From positions 32,001 through 96,000 of IMG/VR virus record IMGVR_UViG_3300021959_010405: DNA of 64,000 bases; one strand, given 5' to 3'. This DNA comes from a virus. The position numbers and the translations under genes were made by a program. Below the pieces are notes generated by a model that was not told the DNA's origin, searched no databases, and saw nothing but the letters and a program-made list of their open reading frames with translations. Below, piece by piece: positions 9,356-18,960 of the stretch (positions are counted from its first letter, which is position 1; every line of letters starts with the position of its first letter).

Positions 9356-9356
9356 A

Positions 9357-10223
9357 TTAATCATCGATACCAGCAAGAAGCTCAGCGACAATGGAATCAT
9401 CATCATCAGTAGCTGTATCTGTCGCTGCCGGTGCACTGTTTGTAACGGGCACTGTATTAACTGCAGGAGATGGGTTAGCTTCGTGAACCGTAGGAGTAGA
9501 ATAACTATCGGAAGATGATTCATTTACAAGATAGTGCTCTTGGAACATTTTTTCGAGCTCCTCGTATGACTTAACCTGAAAGACCTCGTCAAGTACATGT
9601 GTATTCTTGTAGATTTCTTCAATCCTACTATCAGATAACCCAAGATCGCTCTTCGACCCTGTAAACCGAGAAGAAACGTAGGTTGGATATTCACCCTGTG
9701 ATTCGACTTCAATTTTTAGACTAACACCGTTAGATCCAAGATCAAAAATACGAGGACCAAACTCATCACTATCCTCACCATCGATAGCCCTGCGGATAAT
9801 TTTATCTAGCTGCTTACCATAACGAATAATTTTAACTTCACCGTTATTATCCGGATTTTCAGTATCGTCTACTACATAGGCGTTAACAAGCCACTTTTCC
9901 GCACGACGGACAGATTTAATCTTCTCTTTTTCATCGTCAGTACCGTGTTTGTAAATACGATATCGCGCTTCTAGAATAGGGTCACGCTCTCCAAACGATT
10001 GAGGAGAAATAGACTGAACATATTGACCGGTCGCGAAAGACTCCCACCCAACTGTATAGTAGTGAAAGAAACTCTTTTCTGGAGCTTCCACGTTAGGCAG
10101 AAGCCTAACTGTATATGTATTGCCGGATTTCATAGAAAGAATATCGGCATAACTATTTCGCTCTTCTTGCTTAGAGAGAGCGCCTTTAATGCTATCAAAC
10201 ATAGATGAATTGAATGTACTCAT
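9357..10223 (-). CDS. gp32: single-stranded DNA-binding protein (gp32-like, no Cys)
   Basis: TVRLLP, KWLVNAYVVDD.ENPDNNGEVKI, acidic tail DDDDSIVAELLAGIDD. Confidence 0.85.
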   Translation of the reverse strand: MSTFNSSMFDSIKGALSKQEERNSYADILSMKSGNTYTVRLLPNVEAPEKSFFHYYTVGWESFATGQYVQSISPQSFGERDPILEARYRIYKHGTDDEKEKIKSVRRAEKWLVNAYVVDDTENPDNNGEVKIIRYGKQLDKIIRRAIDGEDSDEFGPRIFDLGSNGVSLKIEVESQGEYPTYVSSRFTGSKSDLGLSDSRIEEIYKNTHVLDEVFQVKSYEELEKMFQEHYLVNESSSDSYSTPTVHEANPSPAVNTVPVTNSAPAATDTATDDDDSIVAELLAGIDD

Positions 10224-10249
10224 ATTTTGTATCTTTATTATAGGTTATC

Positions 10250-10906
10250 TTAGGTTATTTTCAACTTGGTTTTTATTTGTTTTATTAGGTTGTTATATTT
10301 GCTAGAGTTTAAACATTTAGTTCTTGCAAAATCTATTCTATCGAAAAAGTCATCACCGCACATTAGCTTAGTAATATCTTTATCGCATTCTAAAATTATT
10401 GTATTAAATTCGGAAAAGGAAATTAGCGCATTTATCCAGGTTTTTCGCTCCATTAGGTGTAGGAGACATTTATACTGATTACCATCCTTTAGATTAAAAT
10501 ATTCCGTAATTGTTAATTTATTGTTGTTAATATAATCTCTTATAAAAACAAACGATTTAGCGGTCCGTGTTAGAGATTCGGCGCTGTCAGGGGAAAGAGA
10601 TTCTATATGCTTCATATACTTAACATAAGCATTCATGGCCTTTGCAGTTGTATAGAAATCTAAATTTACGTTTAAACTAGCATCCTCAAAAAATGGTGCA
10701 TAAAAAAAATCTTTAATATTTATATGAGGATATTTGAGTAATTTTTTAGATATAGCCTTGCATGGGACTAATTTATCTTCCGGAAAATTATCGAAATTTG
10801 TTCTCGCTTTCCAGGGCTTATTTTTTATCGAGCGTGTTGTAATTAGGTATTGGTTATAAACAGCTCGTTCATGCATTGTTATTTTATTACCTGCGATGGC
10901 GCGCAT
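10250..10906 (-). CDS. hypothetical protein (possible gp59-like helicase loader by position and size)
   Basis: Basic 218-aa ORF immediately upstream of gp32; function inferred from synteny only. Confidence 0.55.
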   Translation of the reverse strand: MRAIAGNKITMHERAVYNQYLITTRSIKNKPWKARTNFDNFPEDKLVPCKAISKKLLKYPHINIKDFFYAPFFEDASLNVNLDFYTTAKAMNAYVKYMKHIESLSPDSAESLTRTAKSFVFIRDYINNNKLTITEYFNLKDGNQYKCLLHLMERKTWINALISFSEFNTIILECDKDITKLMCGDDFFDRIDFARTKCLNSSKYNNLIKQIKTKLKIT

Positions 10907-11178
10907 TTATTTAAATATTTTGAAATATACTTACTTTTACTTAGTGTTGGATCGTATTCGATAAATCTCGCAAACGTATCGTAGTCATTATCGATACCCG
11001 TCATATATTGGAATAAATTTCTATAGTTTTTATTCTCCAATAATAATAAGAAAATATTCGGTAAATTCAACTTTTTATTATGTAAAATACAAATAAAACT
11101 ACAAAAACATAAAAGCAAATGATCGCTTTCTACAAAGTTTATACTGTCGATAGGGTTAAATTGATTTTTCGGGGTCAT
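10879..11178 (-). CDS. hypothetical protein
   Basis: 99-aa ORF; start overlaps the DHH gene stop. Confidence 0.55.
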   Translation of the reverse strand: MTPKNQFNPIDSINFVESDHLLLCFCSFICILHNKKLNLPNIFLLLLENKNYRNLFQYMTGIDNDYDTFARFIEYDPTLSKSKYISKYLNKCAPSQVIK

Positions 11179-12050
11179 ATTTTTTTAAGTTTTTTAGTAA
11201 AATTCATAAACTGTTCAGTAATATAACCTCCCGCTGATTCGGCATGCCCTCCCCCGTTCGCGAGTTTTTTCGCTATTTCATTCATAGGGAGTGTGCACTT
11301 ATCTGAACGTCTAAATGAAACTGTACCGCTGTTTGGGTTTACCACAATACCAATATCTGCGTTATATGTAGAAATAATATTTTTAGCTATATCATTAATA
11401 CCAAAACTAGCTATAGTTGAAACTACTCGACGAGGCTTTTCTCCAATATTAATATCCCCTACATGTATTTCTATTTTTGAAAGAATTTCTTTAAGTTTTT
11501 TATTATATATATTAATTGAATTTTTTTGCTGTCGAGAAAATCCTGAAAATCCGTTATGAAAACTATCAATAAATTTTTGAACCCTATCCCCAGTTAGACT
11601 CCAATAGAGTCTATTTAAATCCTCCGACATTGGATATTTTAGTTCGTTACTATCGTAGTCATCTATTAGATTTATAAGGAGTTTTTGCTCCTTAAATGCA
11701 TTAATAGAATCCTTATAAGTATCATATATTAATTTTGTAGTAGATCCGCACTTCTTAATAAGAGTATTGCATTTACTATATCTATTAGATTCTAAGATGT
11801 GAGTGTCATGATGATCTATAATGAAGATGTTCTTCTGATCTACAATATCAATGTTAGAGCTTACATCTAGATCACATATAAAAATTTTCTGAAAGTTATG
11901 ACCTTCATGACGATACCAATTTTCGAAATCCTTACGAAAATTACGAGATGTAGTTATTTTACTAGGCAATGTTCTTTTAGCGAACCAAGAAAGGGCTAAA
12001 ATAGAACCTACACCATCTAAATCTACATCTGACCAAACAAATAGCGACAT
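11175..12050 (-). CDS. DHH/DHHA1 family phosphoesterase
   Basis: DVDLDG, ICDL, IIDHH, GGGHAESAGG. Confidence 0.9.
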   Translation of the reverse strand: MSLFVWSDVDLDGVGSILALSWFAKRTLPSKITTSRNFRKDFENWYRHEGHNFQKIFICDLDVSSNIDIVDQKNIFIIDHHDTHILESNRYSKCNTLIKKCGSTTKLIYDTYKDSINAFKEQKLLINLIDDYDSNELKYPMSEDLNRLYWSLTGDRVQKFIDSFHNGFSGFSRQQKNSINIYNKKLKEILSKIEIHVGDINIGEKPRRVVSTIASFGINDIAKNIISTYNADIGIVVNPNSGTVSFRRSDKCTLPMNEIAKKLANGGGHAESAGGYITEQFMNFTKKLKKI

Positions 12051-12082
12051 TTACAATATAATTATATTAATTATTGTAATAA

Positions 12083-13414
12083 TCAACTATCGGTAAGCAT
12101 TCTTAAGCTACTATAAATATCGTTAGATTCGTCTGTTTCAGATATCATATCTTCTTCATCGAATTCGCTTAACGTTAAGGTAGTAAAGTCAATAGAAAAG
12201 CGATTAGACCCTACCGCTCTACCGAATCGATTTTTCATTATACCTGCATGTATTGTTTGAAATTCTATATCCTCTTCATCCTGCCATAATCCCATAATAA
12301 AGTCTGCAGTTGCAGCAACACCAACCGATTCAGATAAGCTATCAAGACCAGGATTATCTTCATCAAAACCACCACGATTTAGCTGAGTAGCGGTAATGAT
12401 AGGGCAGTTATAAATGTAACTCATAGCCCTAAGCTGCTCTGTTACATGCTTAACTCTTTCATATAGGTTTGTACCTGATGGTGAAGATAATAAGTTCAAA
12501 TAATCAATTACGATAGCATCAAATTTAATTCCTGACGATTGTAATTTTTTTATAAACCCTGACAATTGTTTAGGGGTAATAGTCGAAGGAGGAAACTCCT
12601 TTATATAAATTTTACGTCGAGGATTTTTCTCGTGTATCTTGAGCATATCGTTTTTCAACGCGGCAGAAGAATTAGCCAATTCAGATAAAGGTATAGCTGT
12701 AGCATTAGAGCATAATCTTCTTGCATAGATCATCTCCGACATTTCAAGAGATATAACTAGTACATTATTACCAGCTGCGGATATATTATTTGCAATATTT
12801 CCTAAGAATATACTTTTACCAACGTTAGGTCGGCCTGCATATATATAAATCGATCTACCGTCTCTCAAAAATCCTCCTCCAAGAGTTTTGTCCATCCACT
12901 CCCACCCGGATGAAATTACAGGCTCGACTTTATTAAGATCTTCAACAATACGATTAATGTCTGTAAATAATTCAATACCATGATCTGTAGTGAGATTTAC
13001 ATTACATGCTTTTTCAAATTTATCTAGAATTAAAGAGGTATCTGCACCCCCATCACCAACAGTCTTGGCTGTTTCAAGAAGAGTATTGTAGACATTACGT
13101 TCTTTAATAAACTGCTCTGTATTCAGTATTAACTCATCTTGATTATAATTAGTATCTAATTTACTAAATTCTTCTACTACGGACTTAAACGATGTTCGAA
13201 GATCGTCTGTAGTTAATAAAGCCTTTACCTCTGTAATATTAGGGCATGTATTATTGCGATCATGAAAATCAGAGATAATACTAATTATATCCTTAATGTT
13301 TTTATTTTCAAAAATATCAGGCTGTAAAAAATCAATTACAGATGTAAGATAACCTTCATTAGTTAGCGAATGGAAAAGAATAATCTTTTCCATAAATTTA
13401 TGATCTATCTTCAT
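12083..13414 (-). CDS. gp41: replicative DnaB-like helicase (gp41)
   Basis: Walker A GRPNVGKS, SLEM, IVIDY, TATQLNR, MKNRFG. Confidence 0.93.
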   Translation of the reverse strand: MKIDHKFMEKIILFHSLTNEGYLTSVIDFLQPDIFENKNIKDIISIISDFHDRNNTCPNITEVKALLTTDDLRTSFKSVVEEFSKLDTNYNQDELILNTEQFIKERNVYNTLLETAKTVGDGGADTSLILDKFEKACNVNLTTDHGIELFTDINRIVEDLNKVEPVISSGWEWMDKTLGGGFLRDGRSIYIYAGRPNVGKSIFLGNIANNISAAGNNVLVISLEMSEMIYARRLCSNATAIPLSELANSSAALKNDMLKIHEKNPRRKIYIKEFPPSTITPKQLSGFIKKLQSSGIKFDAIVIDYLNLLSSPSGTNLYERVKHVTEQLRAMSYIYNCPIITATQLNRGGFDEDNPGLDSLSESVGVAATADFIMGLWQDEEDIEFQTIHAGIMKNRFGRAVGSNRFSIDFTTLTLSEFDEEDMISETDESNDIYSSLRMLTDS

Positions 13415-13419
13415 ACAGT

Positions 13420-13935
13420 TTAAGCCGCGTGCTTAGTCCAAGTAGCGAAGGGCTTATCCATTTTATAATATAGTTGATATTTTTCAACTGTAGGAAGAGA
13501 TTCAAAATTTGGCAGCTGCCTGCAATTCATGGTTTGACTAATCGCTACTGCGAAGGGAGTAAGCTCACCATCAGGTATGTGAGAATTTCCTATGTTGCTA
13601 TCACACCATTCAATAAATGGTCTAGTGAAATGTTCCTTACCAGGCCATCTACGTAATCTCTCGTCACACATTTCGAGTGCATGATTTATAAGCCATTTCA
13701 TATTAGACTTTGACTCAACTACCCATTTGCTGCAAGGGTGATTGCGATGTCTTTTAGCTTGTTTTCGTGGCTGACCGGTCGCGGTCCTAGGACAATCCGG
13801 ATGCTCTAGTTGTTCCGTTGTAAAACAATACGCTAACATTTGACCAGACTCGATAATCATTTTCGATCTTATGTGTTTATCACACATAAGTCTTGCGGCT
13901 TCTTTAGGATTGCTATCAAGTACAAATATATTCAT
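13420..13935 (-). CDS. pyrimidine-dimer DNA glycosylase/endonuclease V-like family protein
   Basis: MNIFVLD...CDKH..KMIIESGQML, HRNHPCSKW, YQLYY; family recognised from recall. Confidence 0.72.
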   Translation of the reverse strand: MNIFVLDSNPKEAARLMCDKHIRSKMIIESGQMLAYCFTTEQLEHPDCPRTATGQPRKQAKRHRNHPCSKWVVESKSNMKWLINHALEMCDERLRRWPGKEHFTRPFIEWCDSNIGNSHIPDGELTPFAVAISQTMNCRQLPNFESLPTVEKYQLYYKMDKPFATWTKHAA

Positions 13936-13941
13936 ATAATG

Positions 13942-13969
13942 AATATAATTTCATATGAGAAATAATCAA
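13942..13969 (-). promoter_or_regulatory. sigma70-like promoter TTGATT-N16-TATATT
   Basis: -10 ends 6 nt before ATG 13935. Confidence 0.65.
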
Positions 13970-13983
13970 TTTTTTTTTCAAAT

Positions 13984-14676
13984 TTAAGACCACTTTTCTA
14001 AAAACCACTTTTTACCAGCTTCCCACTCATTATCCGGATTAGTTAATCCTGGTGATTTATGAACAATAGGAATATCCCATACTCCTATTTTCTTTTTATT
14101 TTTATTACATTCAAGCGAAAAATCTAAATCATAATAATGAAATCTAGATGGATTATCCTCACTAAATCTGCATGACTCTAACACGCTAGGTGTAGTTGCA
14201 ATAAATACCCCATCAATAAGTAACACTCTTTCGTTTAGAGGGCCGAATGAGGTGTACATATAGGGCATTATATTATTAGAATCGGGAGATAAGCAGTGAG
14301 CTACACAACCTCTCCTCGATTCTGGAGGACCCATTAAGTGCCAAAGACCATATTCTATATTTGATACAGTAGTTGTACCTGCTACACCTACAACATCAAA
14401 CTGCTCAAATGCCTTATCTAATTTTCGATCTATGTTACCACAATTTATATATACATCATCATGTACAAATACTATAGCTGTATTATCGTCGTAATATCCC
14501 AAGCTCTCATCAATAAATTTATTATATTGAGCTGATAGTGATTTATCATTTGTATCAAACCTATAAATGTCATAATTCAAATTAGGGCATTCCTTCGATA
14601 TACTTGTCTCTAGTAACGTTTTTTTACTAGATTTGTTTTTAGTACAGATTACGAAAGATATATTTGTGATACTCAT
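13984..14676 (-). CDS. glycosyltransferase, GT-A (GT2-like)
   Basis: FVHDDV DxD-type motif, IDGVFIA, FHYYDLDFSL. Confidence 0.8.
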   Translation of the reverse strand: MSITNISFVICTKNKSSKKTLLETSISKECPNLNYDIYRFDTNDKSLSAQYNKFIDESLGYYDDNTAIVFVHDDVYINCGNIDRKLDKAFEQFDVVGVAGTTTVSNIEYGLWHLMGPPESRRGCVAHCLSPDSNNIMPYMYTSFGPLNERVLLIDGVFIATTPSVLESCRFSEDNPSRFHYYDLDFSLECNKNKKKIGVWDIPIVHKSPGLTNPDNEWEAGKKWFLEKWS

Positions 14677-15371
14677 ATAAAGAAAGGGCTTTTATTTTTA
14701 AATTGTCCGACTAACACGGGACCTTTTGATGTTAACTCAAAAATCTTACCCTCTTTCAATTCTTCCCATTGGTTTTTACTATTAATAGAAGAAAAGTTCC
14801 CTCTATCGTCAGCAAACAATGTAGATCCCTGCCTCGCTATATAAACTTTTTTAGAATCGGTGTTGTATACCCAAACTGAAAATGTACCCTCAAGCTTAGC
14901 TAAAGCCTTTTCAATAGCAGTTACATGATTTACCTTTATTTTAGTAGATGATATGCTATTTGCCATGATAGGTATAAGTTTTGAATCAACTGATACTTTT
15001 ATACCATTGTTATATTCCTTAATTAAAGATTCCTGATTAGTAATCACTCCATTATGAGCAATTATCCATTCACCGATATGAAAAGGGTGTGTAGTCTCTT
15101 CACTCCATTTTCTATTAGACCCTGTAGGTGCTTGTAAATGACCTAAATATATATCAAACTTATCCGGTTCTAGTATTTTACTAATTTTATCTTGTTTACC
15201 TTCCCACCTCTTAACTTGGTATAGTTTTTTAATATTTTTTTTCTTGTTTGGAGAATAATTGAGTACATCATATATACCCATATAACTACCTCCCCACGCT
15301 CCTCTAATTTGATTCACGTCGTGAAGAACTTCAAACATTGATTTGTTAAAAGAACCAAATATCGCACACAT
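14673..15371 (-). CDS. class II (Ntn) glutamine amidotransferase-like protein, standalone
   Basis: N-terminal nucleophile MCAIFG, GHLQAPT, THPF, AHNGVI, VDS. Confidence 0.85.
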   Translation of the reverse strand: MCAIFGSFNKSMFEVLHDVNQIRGAWGGSYMGIYDVLNYSPNKKKNIKKLYQVKRWEGKQDKISKILEPDKFDIYLGHLQAPTGSNRKWSEETTHPFHIGEWIIAHNGVITNQESLIKEYNNGIKVSVDSKLIPIMANSISSTKIKVNHVTAIEKALAKLEGTFSVWVYNTDSKKVYIARQGSTLFADDRGNFSSINSKNQWEELKEGKIFELTSKGPVLVGQFKNKSPFFI

Positions 15372-15376
15372 AACCT

Positions 15377-15384
15377 TATTTATA
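15377..15384 (-). promoter_or_regulatory. late promoter TATAAATA
   Basis: Full T4 consensus, 5 nt upstream of ATG 15371. Confidence 0.7.
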
Positions 15385-15455
15385 AAAGAATTAGTTTAAA
15401 ACAAACTCCTCAAATTAATAATAAATATAATTCCTAAAAAATCCACTTGTTTGAA

Positions 15456-15461
15456 TAAATA
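15456..15461 (+). promoter_or_regulatory. late promoter TAAATA
   Basis: 5 nt upstream of ATG 15467. Confidence 0.65.
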
Positions 15462-15466
15462 TTTCT

Positions 15467-16942
15467 ATGAAGCCATGGCAAAATGATATTTTCAGCTTAT
15501 ATGTCGAACAAAGAGGTCGAGCAGGTCGCAATGTAGGTAAATACCACCCTAAATTAAAAGGAACTAGACAGGACGTTAGATCTGCAGGTCTTTCAGTTCC
15601 AAGTAGAGATGCTCCTAATTTTATTGCGACATTATTATATAATTTAGACATATTTGATGATGCAGAAGCTGACTCTATTATACGCGCGACATCATCTCCA
15701 GCACGGGGAGAGTCCTTAATGCAATCATTGGAGGCTCATTCCGACGAGATTATTAAACGTCAAGATGATATTTCTAATGCATACGAAGAGGAGTTAACAA
15801 AGTATGTAAATAGAGCTAAAATCAATAGAGGTCGTGGGGGTAAAGGTAGTAAAGGTCGTACAGAGAGATACGAAGCTCAGGCAGCTGCTATTGAAATAGC
15901 AAAGCAACAAAAAGAACTATTGAAGCAAATGAAGTCTCAAGGTGTTGATGCTGCTACGTCTATAGAGGATGCTATTTTAAATAGTATGGAGAGTACAAAA
16001 GACGAGACTCTAGTCTCTATGCAAATAAGAGGTCTTACAGATGCGGATGGTTTAATTGATACAATCGAAAAGTTAGGTGTTGATAAATCTGATATTGGCG
16101 TTGAAAGGGTTTCGGGGGGAGTTGTTGTAGATTTCTTTATATCGACAAATTCTCGTATAGGTAGGGATTTCGAAAGTATTCCTCCTACAGAAATTGATGA
16201 TATGTTTAGTAGATTTAGTTCCTCCGGTGAGGTTGTTGTGGAGGTTCTGCCTCCTGATGATATTGCTGATGCCATATCTGGTTTAAAATCAAGTTTATCT
16301 CAACCAGATAGAAAATCGAAAGGCGAAACTTACGACGAGCCAGAAAAGGAAGATAGCGAGGTAGAGTTTGACCCTAAAACATCGGGGGAAGTACCAACTG
16401 TTACGTCAGTAGATGATGATGAAGACTTTAGACCTACAGAAGATGATTTTGATGAGGTAGGTGTTGCATATGACCCGTCGTTTAGTCGTGAGGATGATTA
16501 CGACGTAGACTCGGAGGATATGAACTATGATCCAATGAACCCATATGATGAGGATCGGTTCGAAGATGAAGAGGGTGAGCGCGAATGCGAAGAATGCGAC
16601 GGAGAGGGAGGTAAAGAATATCCATATCAAGGAGAAATGGAATGGGAAACATGTAGATCTTGCAAAGGATCTGGTAAAACTAATCAACCATCACGCTACG
16701 GTGAAGATCGATATGAAAACGAAGAGGCAAAGCCAGATTATATTGATATCGATGGGGATGGTGACAAAGAGGAGCCGATGAAAAAGGCTGCTAAGGAGAG
16801 AGAAGAAGAAAACAATGAAGAAAATATCAATGAAGGGCACAAAATGTCACCCCAGCAAGCAAACCAATGGATGACTCAACAGCGAAACGAGAGAATGCGC
16901 AGTTATATGAAGCATGACGAGCGCTGGAAAGGATATTATTAA
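15467..16942 (+). CDS. acidic hypothetical protein, candidate head-internal/core protein
   Basis: Leader ending LYVE; D/E-rich C-half with CEECDGEG...CRSCKGSG and DIDGDGDKEEPMKKAAK. Confidence 0.75.
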   Translation: MKPWQNDIFSLYVEQRGRAGRNVGKYHPKLKGTRQDVRSAGLSVPSRDAPNFIATLLYNLDIFDDAEADSIIRATSSPARGESLMQSLEAHSDEIIKRQDDISNAYEEELTKYVNRAKINRGRGGKGSKGRTERYEAQAAAIEIAKQQKELLKQMKSQGVDAATSIEDAILNSMESTKDETLVSMQIRGLTDADGLIDTIEKLGVDKSDIGVERVSGGVVVDFFISTNSRIGRDFESIPPTEIDDMFSRFSSSGEVVVEVLPPDDIADAISGLKSSLSQPDRKSKGETYDEPEKEDSEVEFDPKTSGEVPTVTSVDDDEDFRPTEDDFDEVGVAYDPSFSREDDYDVDSEDMNYDPMNPYDEDRFEDEEGERECEECDGEGGKEYPYQGEMEWETCRSCKGSGKTNQPSRYGEDRYENEEAKPDYIDIDGDGDKEEPMKKAAKEREEENNEENINEGHKMSPQQANQWMTQQRNERMRSYMKHDERWKGYY

Positions 16943-16957
16943 TTTAAAAAAAAGATT

Positions 16958-18322
16958 ATGACTAATGATACAGATCTAATTTTTGAAAGATATTGCAATA
17001 TACAAGAAGGTATTTTTCAGCGAGGGAGAGCCAAACTAAACGCATTCGGTGAAACTGATGAAAGTCTTCAGAATTTAATTAACCAATATACAAAAAAAAT
17101 AGGTAAACATGTAGGAGATTTAGAAGCTGATTTAAAAACATTTAAAGGAAGTCTTCAGCCAATAACTCAAGAAAAAATGGCGATTTTACTTAATAATTTA
17201 AATAGCGCAGGAGTCGAAAGTGCTCAATCCGCACTAGGTAAAATAGGTCATATGTTAGGTAGATTCGTCGGCGCTGCAGCTCCTGCAGCTGCAGTCACTG
17301 CATTAGCTGCTGGTACTGGTGGTTTAGGTGGAATAGCTACTGGAGCACTCGCAGGCGCAACTCGAGGGCTTCAACGTAATTTAACTAGGACTGATATCGA
17401 TACTAAAAATAAATTTGGAAATGTTGCAAAAACTACCGCTGCCGGCGCTGCGATTGGAGGTGTAAGTGACTTTGTTGCAAGCAAGTTAGCTAATGCACCT
17501 GATGCAGGATTTGAACCAGCAGGGCCACCTAGCGAGTTAGCTAATGCACCTAGCGAGTTAGCTAATGCACCTGATGCAGGATTGGACCTAGCAGGTGCAC
17601 CTAGCGAGTTAGCTAATGCACCTGATGCAGGATTGGACCTAGCAGGTGCACCTAGCGAGTTAGCTAATGCACCTCTACAGGATACCATTGGTGCAATGCC
17701 GGAGTTACCTCCTATGAATCCCGACCTTTTCCAAAATTTGCACAATTCTTCGTATGATCCAAATAGTATAGTAGATCAGGCTAAGATGTTGTTGCAACAA
17801 CAGGCGGAGCAGCAAGGAATAACTGATCCAAACGAAATTGCTAATTTCGTTTATAGAAATGGTGGTATTGAAACTCTAGATAGTGTAGGGGCTGAGGAAA
17901 TTATTAATAACTTTAATTCTACAGTGGACCAAATTGCAAGTCAAGCTATTGAACCGGGAATCACGTTTTCGGAATTACCAACAGATCTTAAGTCTAGCGC
18001 GGAAGGTCTCTATAATCAAATGATAGAAAAGGGTTATTCAGCTGAAGATGCATCAAATGAATTGAGTGGCATTAATGATATATTCGCCGGCACTAAGAGG
18101 GTATCAGGAGATGACGCTGCCGTGGAAGTGGTTAAAGATTATGTAAAAGGAGTCGCTGAGGATATAGCCAGCCCAGGAACTTCTAATAACACTCTTAATG
18201 TACTTCAAAACGCGGCGAGGCGCGGCAGGCTGACTGATGAAATGAAACAACTTTTTCTTAATAAAGCTATAGAAAGAGGAGCTACTGACGGAGAGTTACA
18301 GGCTATTATGAATTTAAATTAA
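16958..18322 (+). CDS. hypothetical protein with glycine-zipper segments and 17-aa repeats, candidate ejected protein
   Basis: Leader MTNDTDLIFE; Ala/Gly hydrophobic stretch AAAVTALAAGTGGLGGIATGALAG. Confidence 0.75.
   Translation: MTNDTDLIFERYCNIQEGIFQRGRAKLNAFGETDESLQNLINQYTKKIGKHVGDLEADLKTFKGSLQPITQEKMAILLNNLNSAGVESAQSALGKIGHMLGRFVGAAAPAAAVTALAAGTGGLGGIATGALAGATRGLQRNLTRTDIDTKNKFGNVAKTTAAGAAIGGVSDFVASKLANAPDAGFEPAGPPSELANAPSELANAPDAGLDLAGAPSELANAPDAGLDLAGAPSELANAPLQDTIGAMPELPPMNPDLFQNLHNSSYDPNSIVDQAKMLLQQQAEQQGITDPNEIANFVYRNGGIETLDSVGAEEIINNFNSTVDQIASQAIEPGITFSELPTDLKSSAEGLYNQMIEKGYSAEDASNELSGINDIFAGTKRVSGDDAAVEVVKDYVKGVAEDIASPGTSNNTLNVLQNAARRGRLTDEMKQLFLNKAIERGATDGELQAIMNLN
17484..17674 (+). 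repeat. 51-bp coding tandem repeat (ANAPDAGLDLAGAPSEL)
   Basis: Three units plus a 21-bp sub-unit; the last two units are identical. Confidence 0.9.
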
Positions 18323-18338
18323 CCCCATTAATACATTA

Positions 18339-18893
18339 ATGAAAAAATATGACACAGATATTATTTTAGAGAAGCAATTATCACAAATTGATGAAGGTCT
18401 TCTAGATCGCATAAAAGCTAAAGCTTCTGGAGCTAAAGCTTTCCTCACAACTGACATGGGTAAAGGATTAGGTGGTATGAGTCAAAACTATCAAGAGACT
18501 GCCCAATCAAAGCTTATTGATAATAAGATTGAAAAAATACATAAAATTATATTAGATTTAGAAACAGATCTAATGAAAACTGCAGGAATGAGTACTGAGA
18601 CTTTAAAAAATCAATACCCTCAGATTTATCAGCAGTTACAGTTTTTAAGAAATTCAGTATCTCTTAACCCGCAACAACAGCAAGCCCCGCAACAACAGCA
18701 AGACCCGCAACAACAGCAAGACCCACAGCAACGCTCATTTAACCCCGGAGATGTAATTAAATACACTAGTACAAGAAACCCTCAAGGGGAGCAGGCTGAA
18801 GTTGTAGAGGTTTTGCAAAACGGAAATATACAGGTTAAGCCAGTAGGCAAATCTAATCCTGTTTTTGCTATATCCCCAAATCAAATTCTATAA
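18339..18893 (+). CDS. hypothetical protein, candidate head-internal protein
   Basis: Leader MKKYDTDIILE...IDEGLLDRIKAK; PQQQQ repeats; small beta-rich C-terminal domain. Confidence 0.75.
   Translation: MKKYDTDIILEKQLSQIDEGLLDRIKAKASGAKAFLTTDMGKGLGGMSQNYQETAQSKLIDNKIEKIHKIILDLETDLMKTAGMSTETLKNQYPQIYQQLQFLRNSVSLNPQQQQAPQQQQDPQQQQDPQQRSFNPGDVIKYTSTRNPQGEQAEVVEVLQNGNIQVKPVGKSNPVFAISPNQIL
18669..18731 (+). repeat. 18-bp coding repeat (PQQQQA/D x3)
   Basis: ccgcaacaacagcaag(c/a)c three times. Confidence 0.85.
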
Positions 18894-18960
18894 AAAAACA
18901 CCTAAAGACCTAAATAATATTATGAATAAAGACTCAGAATTAATCTTTGAAAATTATAAA
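18892..18960 (+). repeat. promoter+leader cassette copy C
   Basis: aaaaaaacacctaaagaccTAAATAatattATGaataaagactcagaattaatctttgaaaattataaa. Confidence 0.9.

Noticed and set aside
17484-17674. 51-bp direct repeats as CRISPR or DGR template/variable repeats
   Set aside because: They are contiguous coding repeats with no spacers, no adenine-specific mismatches and no reverse transcriptase in the window.
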